DNA of 50,453 nt, the filler included, from Jimgerdemannia flammicorona (lineage: Eukaryota): assembly GCA_003990765.1 (NCBI GenBank). It is 2 parts of 2 records of this genome, joined end to end, with 100 filler letters (N's around TTAATTAATTAA, not from the genome) between each part and the next. Parts side by side here need not be neighbours in the genome. Positions count along the whole stretch, not along the records: positions 25,285 to 50,453 come from RBNJ01000871.1; 1 more part is not named here. One strand, written 5' to 3'. The notes under the pieces were generated by a model, which made no database searches, was not told the origin of the DNA, and was given only the letters and a program-made list of their open reading frames with translations. Made by a program: the position numbers and the translations under genes. This document shows positions 25,285-37,750 of this stretch, in pieces (position 1 is the first letter of the stretch; each line of letters starts with the position of its first letter).

Positions 25285-25737
25285 CTCTTTTGACGATCAT
25301 TGCAGGGTGAAAAATGAGTAGACTGGACCAACGTACGAATTTAGGGCTGCTGTTTTGTTTGCTCGTGATGCGGCAGGAAAGAACAAAGAAAAAGAACAAA
25401 GAAAAGAGAGGGAACAAAGGATAGGGTGATGTCACCAAAGTGTGGCAGAAAAAAAAACAAGAGCGAAATGAACAAAAGAAAGGGTGACGTCACCAAAGAT
25501 TTCAATCCGAATGGATCAATCCGGATGGGTCAATCCGGATGGATCATCCGGATGGATCATCCGGATGGATCATCTGGATGGATCAATCCGGATGGATCAA
25601 TCCAGATGGATCAATCTGGATCAATCCGGATCAATCCGGATCAGATCACGAGACCAATCCGAGTTGATTCGAATCTATCACATGACGAATCTGAATCGAA
25701 TCTCACCCGGATCAACTCCATTCGTTCGGAGCACTAA
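25285..25737. mobile_element. Terminus of a young DNA transposon/MITE (hAT-like) with subterminal ATCCGGAT/GGATCAATCC repeats, inserted in the chromovirus 3' LTR
   Basis: CpG-rich 13-14-nt quasi-palindromic repeats at 25503-25645. Ends ...TCGGAGCACTA (reverse complement TAGTGCTCCGA...). LTR homology to ~36348 resumes right after 25737. Confidence 0.5.
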
Positions 25738-26724
25738 TCTGGGTAGTCTTTGATGACATCACCATCAATGACATCATCTGGCAAAGTCTGAGCAGTTTTC
25801 TGACTTTTGACATCATCAGTTTCAAAGGTGTTGTCACTTCTATCTCTTGCAAGATTAAGGCTATCTTTGGTAGTGGTGGTTGTATAAGGATAACAGGTCT
25901 TAGTTATCTATTTTTTTGGTCTGCTGGTGTATTTGTGAGGACTGGCCATCCTTATCTAGGGCAAGGGCTCCCAATGTTGTAGCTGGGGGTTCGAACCTCT
26001 CAGAAATGATATTTTCTATAATCTTAGATAATTTCTAGTAGTAATATCTGTTACATAGATAGCTTGAGATTGGTTTTGACAATGTTGGCTTTCTTGAGTT
26101 CAGATGAAGCATCTGTCACTCTCCAACAGGAATGACACTGATAGAGCAAACAGAGTTGTTCAAATGCATTTTGCTTCTGCTAAGTAATGAGGTCTTGTAT
26201 AGTCATGGTGTATCTTGGTCTTGAGTTGATAAGTATAGTTTATGATCCTTAGATAGATGAGATAGGGTTCTTCTTGTCTTGGTTTAATATTAGTACTTTC
26301 ACTTTCCTTTTGTAATAGTACAGTATACCAAACTAGTTATAGAGGTTCAGAGTTGGTCTTATAGTTGTAATACTTCTTCTGGTATTCTTGTATCTTGGTG
26401 GTGGGTTCTCATACTTGCTGGTATATTTTGTGTAACCAGATGATCTCTTCAGTAACTTGTTTTGTAGTCTGCATGTGGTTTCCAAATTGGTTCTGAGAAT
26501 GATATGTGATTTTGGTGGCTTGGAGGTTGTACACTTACAACTCTCTCCTTCTTAGCTTTCAACATCCTCATCAGGACCTTCTAATTTGTTCTAGTATTGT
26601 TACATCATTTGGAAGGTCAAAAGTCCAGTGAAGTCCATTTTTTCAGAAAGTGGCATGCTCATAGTACAGTTGCCTAATGAATTAGATTCACACATTAAAG
26701 GGTCATATGTTCAATACTGTATAC

Positions 26725-29341
26725 CTAGGCTACGGTAGCAGGGGCTTGAGGAGGGTGAGCGGCCAACTAGATATTTATTCTGTCTGCTCAATGCTAGGAG
26801 GGTGAGACATCAGTTGGATGGAGTCCTCAATGCTGATGGGGATATAGTACATGGTATGTAACAAATCCAAGGGGTTTTGAGAGAGAGATGGCAGAGTTTG
26901 TGGAGTGAGGATGAAGGGGGTGCTGATGAGACAGCTATTGAAGACACATTAGGGGAATGGAGCCCACTGCAAGTGGCTGGACTGGAGGACTTGGCCTTGC
27001 CAGTGCGAGGTGAGGAGGTCCAGAGTGTCCTTGCGGCAACTAAAACTGATACAGCACCAGGGGAGGATGGACTACCGTGGGACTTCTGGGAGAAGATGGT
27101 CAAGGTCTCCAGCATTCTGGGGGAGATGACTGCTCTCTGTGATCATATTCTTCAGAGCGGTGAGTGGGTTGAAGGGCAGGACCTTGGGCTGGTGGCTTTA
27201 TTGTACAAAGACAAGGGGAGGAGAGATGACTGAAAGAACTGGCAACCGATCATGCTTTTGGACATGGACAGGAAGATGGTAACTAAGGTGGTTGTCACAA
27301 GGCTGTAGAAGATTGCCCAACAGGTACTGGGGGAGGAGCAGCGGAGCTTTGTTGGAGGCAGACTTATTAGAGATGGGACTGCTTGGGTGCATGGTGTCAT
27401 TGAAGGGGCCCGGGCTTGCAGACTGGATGGAAGGCTGGTTTTTTTGTATCAGAAGAAGGCCTATGACTGGGTCTGGTGGGTCTGGCTGGACAAGGTGTTG
27501 GATCATATTGGTGTTCCTCCTGGATTTCGGGCTTCTATGGTAAATCTGCTTGAGGGCAGTTGGGCGGCACTGATGTGAAATAGTCACCATGGTCAGACGT
27601 TTGCCTTGAGAAGAGGGGTTCCTCAGGGGGATCCCTTGTCCCCTATACTTTATGCCTTTCATTGGAACCATTAATGGATAGGATTTGCCAGAAGGTGGTG
27701 TGGCTCTCTATCTATGGCATAGTGTTGAAGGTGGGGGCCTTTGCAGATGATATGGTGGTTGGCCTTGGGTCTGTGGCAGATGTCAAGGTGCTTAAGGAGA
27801 TGGTAGAATGGTATGAGGTCCACTCTGGGGCAAAGCTCAACTGGCATAAGTGTGAGACTATGGTGCTAGGGAATGGACTGGTGAGGTGGTACAGTATCTG
27901 GGTATCTTCCTCTCTGTGTATGGTTCTGTCTTGCCGTGAGTGTGGTGGGAGAGCAGGGTGGCTATTTGGGGGGAGGCCCTTCGAGGTTGGGGAGGCCACC
28001 ATATCTCTCTAGCAGGGTGGGTGTCAATTCTGAATACATACTGGTTCCCCAAGCTATGGTATGTGGCATACTACTTAGACTTCCCAGCTTGGGTGGTGAA
28101 GAGGCTGACAAAGGTGGCTAGGGATTGGATTTGGGCAGGGAGGAGGTCCCAGATCAGTTGGGATACTCTTGCGACACTGGTGGACAGGGGAGGTCTTGGC
28201 CTTGTGGATTTTCCTTAGAGGTTGCACTGCCTGCATACCTGGTGGCTGAAGAGAGCAGCTGAACTACAGGGAGGGGGTTGGGTTCTTCTGATGCAGAAGG
28301 TGTGGGAGATGAGAACCTCCCCCCGAGAGTCCTCAGGAGATCTACTTTCCTTGGTAGGGCTCAATGGAATTCGGCGGCTGTGATTTAGGGGCTTTTGGTG
28401 GGGAGTGGTCAATGGAGCACACCGAATTGGTCTGCACTAGCAGGGTAATGAGGGAGAGGTATTGTGGGGTCCTTGTATGTGGCGATGGGATAGACTGCTT
28501 CTGGGGGGTGCTCCACTTGTTACCTTTGATATTGGGGATGGAGTGGAGTGTCAGCAGGGTCTTGGCCAGGACCTTTGGCTGAGCAGTTGGCAGGTAGTCG
28601 AGATTGGCTAGGAGTGGAACTGGGCAGATATCTGGTCTTAGAGTGCTGAGGTGTGGCGGTGGCTTCCCCCCAAGTTCTGAGCAGTGTGGTGGCAAATGCT
28701 GTAGAGGAATGTCATGTTGAATTTCTGCACCAGGCATCTGGTGGATGGTGGCTGTTATGACTGTGAGGAGTGTTATAATATAGGGTAAGCTGGGGGCTTG
28801 GTGCAGATGCCAGAACATTGGCTGGGGGAGTGTTAGGTTTTGGGGGACTTTGGGTTGAAATAGGGAATAGACTGGGTGTGGAGCACAGACCAGCGGGGGA
28901 AGGGGATCGCTGGGAGGATTTGAGATCTCGGTTGGTGGGGGGGATGGGTGATAGTTGGCTCACTGTCAGGTGGGTGTTAGCTGTTTGGGTGGGGCTGGCA
29001 GGATATTGGCTATTTGTGTTTGAGGAGGGGTGGCAGTTGAGCCTGCAGGAGAAGGTTGTAAGGTGGGAGGAGCTGCTGGGGGATCTGTTGATGGGATAGT
29101 GGATTGGTTGGAGTCCTTCAGGGGGGCGGTGGCACAGGTTGGTGGCAAGGATATGCAAACAGAGCAGTGGGAGGGTGGGAATTGTACTCGATAGAGTGGT
29201 ATTCCATCGTGAAGGAGTAGGGGGGAGGGGCCCCCCTAGGGGGATTGGATAGAGGGTGGGTTCATTGTATTTATATAGGATAGATGGGTGTAATAAAGGA
29301 TGAGTCCAAGTGACTATAAATAAAAAAAAAAAAAAAAAAAA
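26725..29341 (+). mobile_element. 5'-truncated LINE inserted between the chromodomain and the PPT of element 2
   Basis: RT motifs 'APGEDGLP', 'RGVPQGDPLSP', 'AFADDM'; poly(A) 29322-29341; TSD tcaatactgta(t/c)ac at 26711-26724 and 29342-29355. Confidence 0.93.
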
Positions 29342-29619
29342 TCAATACTGTACACTGGAAGTAATTCTGATGTCATTTACTGCTGGAGAATTTTCTCTAA
29401 GAAATCTTCTTAAATGTTTATGCCTCGTTTCCCACTAGTGGTATGGGGAGAATAGGCTTGCTTTCAGTTTTGCTATTTTTCCAGAGGGTTGGTATTCTTT
29501 TGTCTTGGCTTGCTGAGTTCTTGATTTTTGTTTGTGATAATTTTAATGTTCAGAAGGGTAATATATAGTATGTACAGATAGATGCAGAGTATTTGGTTTT
29601 AGTTATTCATGGAGTCATA

Positions 29620-29775
29620 CTCCTGAAGTAAGTCAGTAGCATTCTGGAGGTTGGTCTTTGGTTCCCAGGTTATATTGTGGATTGAGTAACCTTTCTATTT
29701 GACAAGGTACTCAGGGTGGTTCTTGTGACCATGTTTGTTGAGAATTTGTTCAACTTCATATTCTTCTTGATCATT
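29620..29775 (-). pseudogene. Chromodomain at the end of the element 2 integrase
   Basis: EEYEVEQILNKHGHKNHPEYLVK*KGYSIHNITWEPKTNLQNATDLLQEY. Confidence 0.9.
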
Positions 29776-32700
29776 AATAATGACAGGTGCAGGTGGTTCT
29801 GTGGTTCAGTTTGGAAATAGCTCATCATCATTTTCATTATATCACTTGAGATGTTAGATATTAAAGACTGGGTGAATTCTAATGGTATCTAGTAGCACCA
29901 ATTTGTAGGAAGTAGGAGAGACTTGTGCAATGACTTTGAATGGTCCAATAAACTTGCTGTTTAGTTTTGTAGATAGTCTGTGCTTCAGATTATCAACTCG
30001 GTATCCTCAGATGTCCAATTGGACTTTTTCTTCAATATCAAAAGTTTTTTCTCAGCAGTGTTGGTTGATATATCATGACTGTTGTTCTTGAGCTTGTGAT
30101 AAGTTCTCAATTGTGATCTAGCTTAGATTACATATTCAGAGTAGGAATTCTTCAACAGCTTCCAGTGGAGGGTTCATCAGTAGTTCGGATAAGTGTCAGA
30201 GGAGTGTTTGGGTTTTGTCCTGTATTGGCAAAGAATGGGGTCATTCCAAGAGAGGCTTGCTTGCTGTTGTTGTAAGTAAACTCAACTACAGTAAGGTGTT
30301 TGTGCCAGTCATCTTATCTGTAGAAAATATTGTTCCTTAGTATTTATTCCAGAGTTCAGTTCATTCTTTCATTTTGGCCATCAGTTTCTAGGTGAAAGGC
30401 TGTCGATAGTACCAGTTTTGTCCCAAGGTATACATGGAGGGCTTTCCAAAAATAGCTGGTGAATTTCAGGTCTCAGTCACTAACAATGATCTTAGGAAGA
30501 CCATGATAGCAGAAGATATTGTCAAACAAGAGTATGGCTATATCTGGTGCTGTTGCAGTAGTAGTAGTTAGCACAAAGTGGACTTGTTTGCTGAGATAGT
30601 CTATAAAGACAACAATTGCATCTTTCTCATTCTTAGTTCAGAGTAGCTGTACAATGAAGTTCATAGATATTTATTTCCAAATAGCAGATGGTACTGGGAT
30701 GGGGTGAAGAAGACCAGGTTTTGCTAGTGTTGAGGATTTGTTCCATTGCAGGCATCACAGGAAGTGATGTAGGTCTTTAGCTGATCTGCCATACAGGGCC
30801 AATAGAAGTTTCAGGAGATAACTTCATAGTATTTATCAAATCCTTAATGTCCAGCTATAGGGACATTATGACATTCAAATAGGATAGTCCTTCAGAGGTC
30901 TCAGTTGTTTGGAACATACAATCTGTCCTTGTAGTAGATTGCATTATCCTTTAGTTGGTATTGATGATACCAGATATACTTATCAGCATTGTCACTGTTT
31001 AGAATTTCTCAGAGTGCTTGAGCTTCTTTATCATCAGCACATGCTGTGATGATTTGTTCCATGATAGAGTTGGTGACCAAGGTGAGAGTTTGGATAACTT
31101 CTTCAATTGGTGGTCTGGAGATTGCATTGGTAATAATATTTTCCTTACCAGGGTGATACTGGATTTCATAGTTGAAGTTGGTAAGGACTTTCATCCATCT
31201 GGCTTGCTTTTGAGAAAGGATAGCCTGAGTCTTGATATTGACTAATGACTTGTGGTCAGTCAATACAGTGAAGTATACTCTTTCTAGGTAGGATCGCTAT
31301 TTGATCAGGGTGTCTATGATGGCTAACATTTCCTTCTCATGAGTTGCATAGTTAATTTCAGCATCATTGAACTTTTGAGAGTGATAGGCCATAGGGTGTC
31401 CTTCTTGTATAAGTACTACTCTAAGGGCTAGGTCAGAGATATCAGTAGTATCTTTATATAGTAGGGCAGGGTTTGCTGCTTAAAGTACTGGGGTGGTTAT
31501 CAAGGTATTTTTTAGTGCTTGAAAGACTGTATCTTATTCAGGTCTCCAATTTGTAAGATTGTTGAAGTCTTTTTCTTATTTCATGGTCCAGGGCTGTTGT
31601 TCTTTCTTGTTGTGCTTGGTCATTTGAATAAGAGCAGTAGCAATTTTGGCAAAGTTGGCAACAAATTGCCTATAATAGTTTGCTAATCCCAGAAATGACT
31701 GGAGGTCTTTCAGCTTCTTGGGTTTGGGCCAATCCTTGATTGCAGAGATTTTGCTGGGGTCTCCTTTGATTCCATTCAGTATGATAATGTGTCCAAGTAA
31801 TTAAATCTCTTTCAGGAGAAATTCGTATTTGCTGAGTTTTACAAAGAGTCAGTTTTCTCAGAGTTTCAGTAGTACTAGTTCAAGATGTTCAAGGTGTTCC
31901 TCCAGGGTTTTGCTGAAGACTAGGATGTCATTGATATAGACAACAATGAATTTGTCTAGGTATGGGTGCAGGATGGTATTCATCAGAGTCTGGAAGATTG
32001 CAGGAGCATTAGTTAAGCCAAAGGGCATAACTAGGAATTCAAAATATCCATATGGCAATTTGTCAGTAACTATTTCACAGGTCAAAAGAGCTCATAAATT
32101 GTGGGTTGGTAAGCCTGTTGAATATTTTATCGATTCTGGGTAATGGGCAACAGTTCTTGATGGTCTGTTCATTGAGGTCTTGGTAATTAATACACATTCA
32201 TAGATCTTCTCCTTTCTTGACAACAAAGACAACTGGTGCACCATAGGGTGATACACTGGGTCTGATGAATCCTTATTCTAGGAGTTCATCAATTTCCTTC
32301 TTGAGTACATTGATTTCTCTTAGAGATATGTGGTAGATTGACTTGAAGGCTGGCTTGGCATCTGGAATAGTCTTGATGGCATGATCTACTGCTCATTTAG
32401 GAGGTAGACCTTTTAGAAGTTTCTTTGGAAATATATCTTGAAATTTCTGGAGTAGGGGTCTGATATAACTGTTAACTTTAGAAAAGTCTTCTTCAGAGTT
32501 CTCAAGTTCTCCTTTAGATAGGCAGATGGAGATGGCAAAGAGAAGACATTTCTTGGCCAATTTCTTAAGCTGTAACTTGTTGATGTGAGTAATCTTTGGT
32601 CCAGAGTCCTGGAGCTGAGTGGGTCCTTTTCACCTTACAGTTTGAAGTTGTGGCATCCTTTCTTGATGATTAGGGAATAGTTTACCCAATCAATTATAGG

Positions 32701-33209
32701 GTTCTCTTATTTCAGCCATAGAGTCCCAAGGATGATTTCATTGTCAGGAAGTGGTACAATCTGGTAGGTAACATGTACTCGGAAGTCACCAATTTGGATG
32801 GGTAGATTGCAGACTTCCTTGCTAATGATATGGGAGGTTCCATCAGCTGTAGTAACCGCTTGAGTTTGTTGTACCAGAGAGGTGAAGACCTTGAGTCAGT
32901 TGGCTATTTCTTCATTTATGAAGTTGCCTGAGGCATGACTGTCTATCATAATCTTGACAGGTGCTCAGTTGACAAAAGCTTGAAGTATAAGCAGTTTGTC
33001 TGATCCAATGGTGGTGATTTCAGTTATAGGAGCTTTTCTTCTATTGGTTCTTCTTTGAGCCAATTTATTAACACAAGAGAAGCAATCATTGATCATTCAG
33101 GAAGAGTACATTCCAATGCCATGAGGGCATCAGCCACTAGGTATATATCCATCTTCAATTTTCTTATAGAATTATTCTTCTTTGCTCATGATAGGTTGGA
33201 CTGGGGCCT

Positions 33210-33625
33210 AGTTTGATGAGCCAAATCCTTTGGATCCTCGGATGATAGGTAGTAGTTCAGGGACTTCCTTGACTATCAGAGTTGACTCAATTTTTTCAAA
33301 TAGAATCTGGGCAATACAGAAACCAATGGAAATCTTGAATGGCATCCAACTATGGTTTCAGATGAGGACAATAATTTTGCCTGTGTAATCTTCATCAATG
33401 ACTCCTCCTTCTACTGAGAGTCCTTTCAATGCTAAGCTACTGCAATACATATTCTTCCAACATATCCTTCAGGAATTTGGATACTAATTCCTGTATAGAC
33501 TTGCTTGACTTCTCGGTTGGAAACTGTAGCTTCTTTGGCTGCATATAGATCATATCCAACTGCCTTTTGACTTCCTTTGGTTGGGGCCTTAGCAGTTTGT
33601 CTTAACTTGACAAAGTCCAGTATCC
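33210..33625 (-). pseudogene. dut: dUTPase domain of element 2, between the Gag Zn knuckle and PR
   Basis: 'AKAPTKGSQKAVGYDLYAA', 'TGISIQIPEGY', 'GLSVEGGVIDEDYTGKI', 'CIAQILF', 'GSKGFGSSN'; frameshifted. Confidence 0.9.
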
Positions 33626-36600
33626 TGATAGTCAGGTTATTGAGGTGGTGCAGAGTAGTAACAGTTGCTCATATTACTATTTGGAGTTTTTGGTTGAGGC
33701 AGGCACTGGCCATGTGTTCTGTCTTTCAGCAATAGAAGTATGCTCCACTTCTTTGAAGTTCATTCCTTTCTCCTTCAGTGAGTTTCTTAGAGGTACTCAG
33801 CTGAGTTGGTTCATGATTTCTGGGTGTCCATAAAGTGGATGTTGAGGGAGCTTGGGATGCTTTATGCTTGGGTTCTTCTTTCTTGGTCTAAGTCTTTTTC
33901 TTGTTGTTGAATTGTCTTTGGGGCAGGATTGGTCCAGCTCTTAGGATTCGCTTGTACATGGTCTTGATTCTTGCCAGGCACTATTGTTGATGGTCACAAC
34001 CAACTGGGCAGCCTTGTTCTTGGTTTTTTCTGGTAAGCCATTCAGGTAGTGTATCGAATAGATGGTCTGCTCTTGTACCATTTTGTGCTTCATCATTGGC
34101 AATATATCCTAGGCTAACAGTGTTCAGAAGCGACCCAAGTTTTGTACAGAAGGTTTCAAATTCTTCCTTGCCATATATATCAAATTTGAGGTTGCAGAGT
34201 TTTACTCGAGATTTGGCAATCATGGTTTTGCTGCAGTATTGGATAATCATGAGTTATTTCAGTCCAGGGGCTGCAGGATGGGCTCCATATCCTGGGACAT
34301 TATTTGCTGTATTCTGGGCAACTACTGCAGGTCAGGTGTCCCATGTGAGGGGTTTTTCAGGAAGGATTTACCACTATTCTTTGGTGGGTCCTCAGAAGAA
34401 TGTAACAACTCAGTAGACATAGGCTGTGGTGGTAGCAAAGAGTTATTCCAGAGTGTGGTCTTGATTATTTGTCAGAAGGTAATCAGCAACTCGCTCATTA
34501 GTCCATTGATTGGTCTCAATGTTAGTGTCAAATACAATAATGAAGCTTTGGACTTCTTGTTCAGTACCATTGAAGGTAGGTAGGCTCAGATTTTTAGTAG
34601 GTCAGGTCTGTTCAGCTAAGGCAGTAATAGTTGCTGCCATTATGGCTACCTGGGCTGTGAGGTCTAGAATCTGTTGATTTGCCATATTGTTTACTGAAGA
34701 TGGTTGGACTACTAGTAGTGGTGTTACTGGTACTACTTGAGGTACTGGTGCAGAGTGTGATGGAGTTCTTTGAGTCTGTGTAAGTTGCTAAAGTAGTAGT
34801 TGTAGGTCTGGAGTGAGGGCTCAATAGATAGTTATCTGTTGCTGTATAGGTGTATTCTGTCCTGATGGAGGTGTATCTCCTTCAGTGGTGTATCTGGGAT
34901 CAAATTTACTGAGATACTCCTTCTCCTCTTCAGTTTGGTCCCCATGTAGTTGGGTTTGCTTGATGTCGAAGTAGACAGAATCAGTTGTATATCTGATTTC
35001 AAATAGACTTAATTCAATGTCAAATTCTGGTTCAGTATTGGTTTCAGGTTCAGGTAGAGCTATAGCAGTACCTGCTTCAGGTTCAGAGTCAGGTTGTAGG
35101 TGGAGAGTTTCTCTTGCTTCTTTCTTAAGAATATGGTGGATCTTGCTGTTCTAGAATTAGTAGTATAATGCAGTCTTGGTCCTGGTATGGTGAAAGTCAG
35201 TAGAGTTGAGCCACTTGGCTACAGAGGCTTGGGCTTCATGAGGAACTAAGGCTAGAAAGACTGCTGCTGGTTGTCCTAGGTCACTCAGATTTGTAGAGCT
35301 AATAAAACTCTTATTGAGAAGAGTAAAAAAGGCTTCTATGTATAAGACCTTCTTCATCTTGACTTGCAGGGTGTAGAGCAAGGAGTTCAGTGAATAGAGT
35401 TTCACCTATCTGCTGATTCAATCAGAGTACTTCTTTCTTTGAATGAAGTTTGTCCCACTTGTTGCAGGTGCAAAGATCAAATTGTCCTTGTACATTAGGT
35501 TCAATTCTCTCCAGATTGTCAGATGGTTCAGGATAAATTCCAGTTCAGAGGTTGGGCTTTATACCAACTTGTAGGAATTCTCAGAGGAGTTTGCAGCAGA
35601 GTGAGGAAGCATCTTAAAGCAGAATTGGATTGTAAACTGCTGCTACTAAGTTGTAAGAGGGTTACTTTTTAGAGTAACCATTACATGATTCTGAAAGGGT
35701 TCTCTGGAAGTTCTGGTTATTCTGGAAGACCATTTTCTTAAGGTCAAGATCAATTTCATATAGAGTACATCCTCTATGCTTATTGATTTCAAGATTAGGT
35801 TGATATCTCAACCAAAGTACTTTTTTAGACTAGTTCTAGATATTCAGGATTTTCCATATTTCAGAAAGTTCAAGAAACTAAGATCAGCTTAGTTGAATTG
35901 GCATATCACTACAGACAATACCAAATTAGGAAATTTCATAATGGGGTTAGGAGTGGGACCTAATGGGGAGCAGATTTACTTAAGAGTGATTTATGGATTA
36001 TTAAATAGGTTTATTTGCTATTCATGATATTGCTATACTAGGAATAGTTGTGTAAAGGGATATTTGTGAGGAAGTGCTCAGGAGTTGTGTTTGGATTGTT
36101 CAAGTGTTCAAGTCTGAGATTCTGAGGTCTGGGGGAGGGGGTATTTATACTAGTGAGGGGCTATCTGGGTTATGCTAAATATGGATGTAGCACTTAGTGC
36201 CTTACTGAGTCAGAATGTAGTCACATAGTACAAGTGTGATCTGACATATCAAGAGATTGTCTGACTGCTGAGTCAGTTCACAGTCATGTCATACAAGGCT
36301 AATCTAACTATACTATGACTGCTAAGCTATTTATAGGTTTAGACACTGTCTGGGTAGTCTTCAATGACATCACCATTGATGATATCATCTGGCAAAGTCT
36401 GAGCAGTTTTCTGACTTCTGATATCATTAGTTTGAAAGGTGTCATCACTTCTATCTCTTGCAAGATTAAGGCTGTCCTTGGTAGTAGTGGTTGTACAAGA
36501 ATAACAGATCTTAGTTATCTTTTTTTTTTGGTCTGCTGGTGTATTTGCAAGGACTGGCCATCCTTATCTAAGACAAGGGCTCTCAATGTCACAGCTGGGG

Positions 36601-36969
36601 GTTTGAATCTCTTGGAAATAATATTTTCTGTAATCTGAGGCAATTTCTAGTAGTAATATCAGTCACACAGATGGCTTGAGATTGGTTTCGACAATGTCGG
36701 CTTTCTTGAGTTCAGATGAAGCATCTGTCACTCTCTAATGGATATGACACAGATAGAGCAAACAGAGTTGTTCAAATGTATTTTGCTTCTGCTAAGTAAT
36801 GAGGTCTTATATAGTCATGGTGTATCTTGGTCTTGAGTTAATAAGTACAGTTCATGACCCTTTGATGGATGAGATAGGGTTCTTCTTGTCTTGGTTTGAT
36901 TTTGGTACTTTTAGTTTTCTTTTGTAATAGTACAGTATATCAAATGAGTTATAGAGGTTCAGAGTTGGT

Positions 36970-37750
36970 TGAAGAGAGCTGCTGAACTGTAAGGAGGGGG
37001 TTGGGTGCCTCTGCTACAGAAGGTGTGGGAGATGAGAACCTCTCCCCAAGAGTCCTCAGGTGATCTGCTCTCTCTGGTCAGGTTGAATAGAATTCGGCAG
37101 CTGTGGTTTAAGGGCTTTTGGTGGGGAGTGGTGGATGGAGCACACCAGATTGGCCTGTGCTGGTGAGGTGATGAGAGGGAGATGATGTGGGGGCCTAGTA
37201 TGTGGCAATGGGAGAGTCTGCTCCTGGGGAGTGTTCTACTGGTTTTGTTTGATATTGGGGATGGAGTAGAGTGTCAGCAGGGTCTTAGCCAGGATCTTTG
37301 GCCAAGTGGCTGGCAGGTGGCAGAGATCGGTGAGGAGTGGGACTGGGCAGGTATCTGGACATGGAGTGCAGAGGTGCGGAGGTGGCTTCCTCCCAAGTTC
37401 TGGGTGGTATGGTGGAGAATGCTGTAGAGGAATGTCATGTTGAATTTCTGCACTGGGCATCTGGTGGATGGTGGCTGTTTCGATTGTGAGGAGTGCTATG
37501 ATGTTGGGCAAGCTGAGGGTTATGTGCAGATGCCAGAACATTGGTTGGGAGAGTGTGAGGTTTTGGGGGAATTTTGGATAGAAATAGAGAATAGACTGGG
37601 TGTGGGGCATAGACCGGTGGGGGAGGGGGGCCACTGGGAGGACTTGAGATCTTGGCTTATAGGTGGGGTAGGTGATAGCTGGCTCACTGTAGGGTGGGTG
37701 TTAGCAGTGTGGGTGGGACTGGTGGGATATTGGCTTTTTGTATTTGAGGA
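36970..37750 (+). mobile_element. Short 5'-truncated LINE A, left part; its 3' end and poly(A) are inverted at 40716-41070
   Basis: Homologous to 28246-29025. TSD gaggttcagagttggt at 36954-36969 reappears inverted at 40700-40715, next to the poly(T) run. Confidence 0.85.

Larger units (their letters stand above)
25738..36969 (-). mobile_element. Degenerate chromoviral Ty3/Gypsy element 2 (gag-dUTPase-PR-RT-RH-IN-chromodomain) with nested LINEs
   Basis: 3' LTR starts TGTAAG at 26539 after PPT aagaaggagagag. 5' LTR is ~35680-36969 plus a displaced piece at 40517-40715. Zn knuckle 'YFYC*KTEHMASAC' ~33700; PR 'IMIDSHASGNFI' ~32940; RT '[11 protein letters not shown]','[10 protein letters not shown]' ~31930; RH 'TDHKSL'; IN '[14 protein letters not shown]'. 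Confidence 0.92.

Noticed and set aside
25426..25753. ORFs with IRMDQSG/NPDGS repeats
   Set aside because: They are translations of the DNA tandem repeat in several frames, with no evidence of coding.
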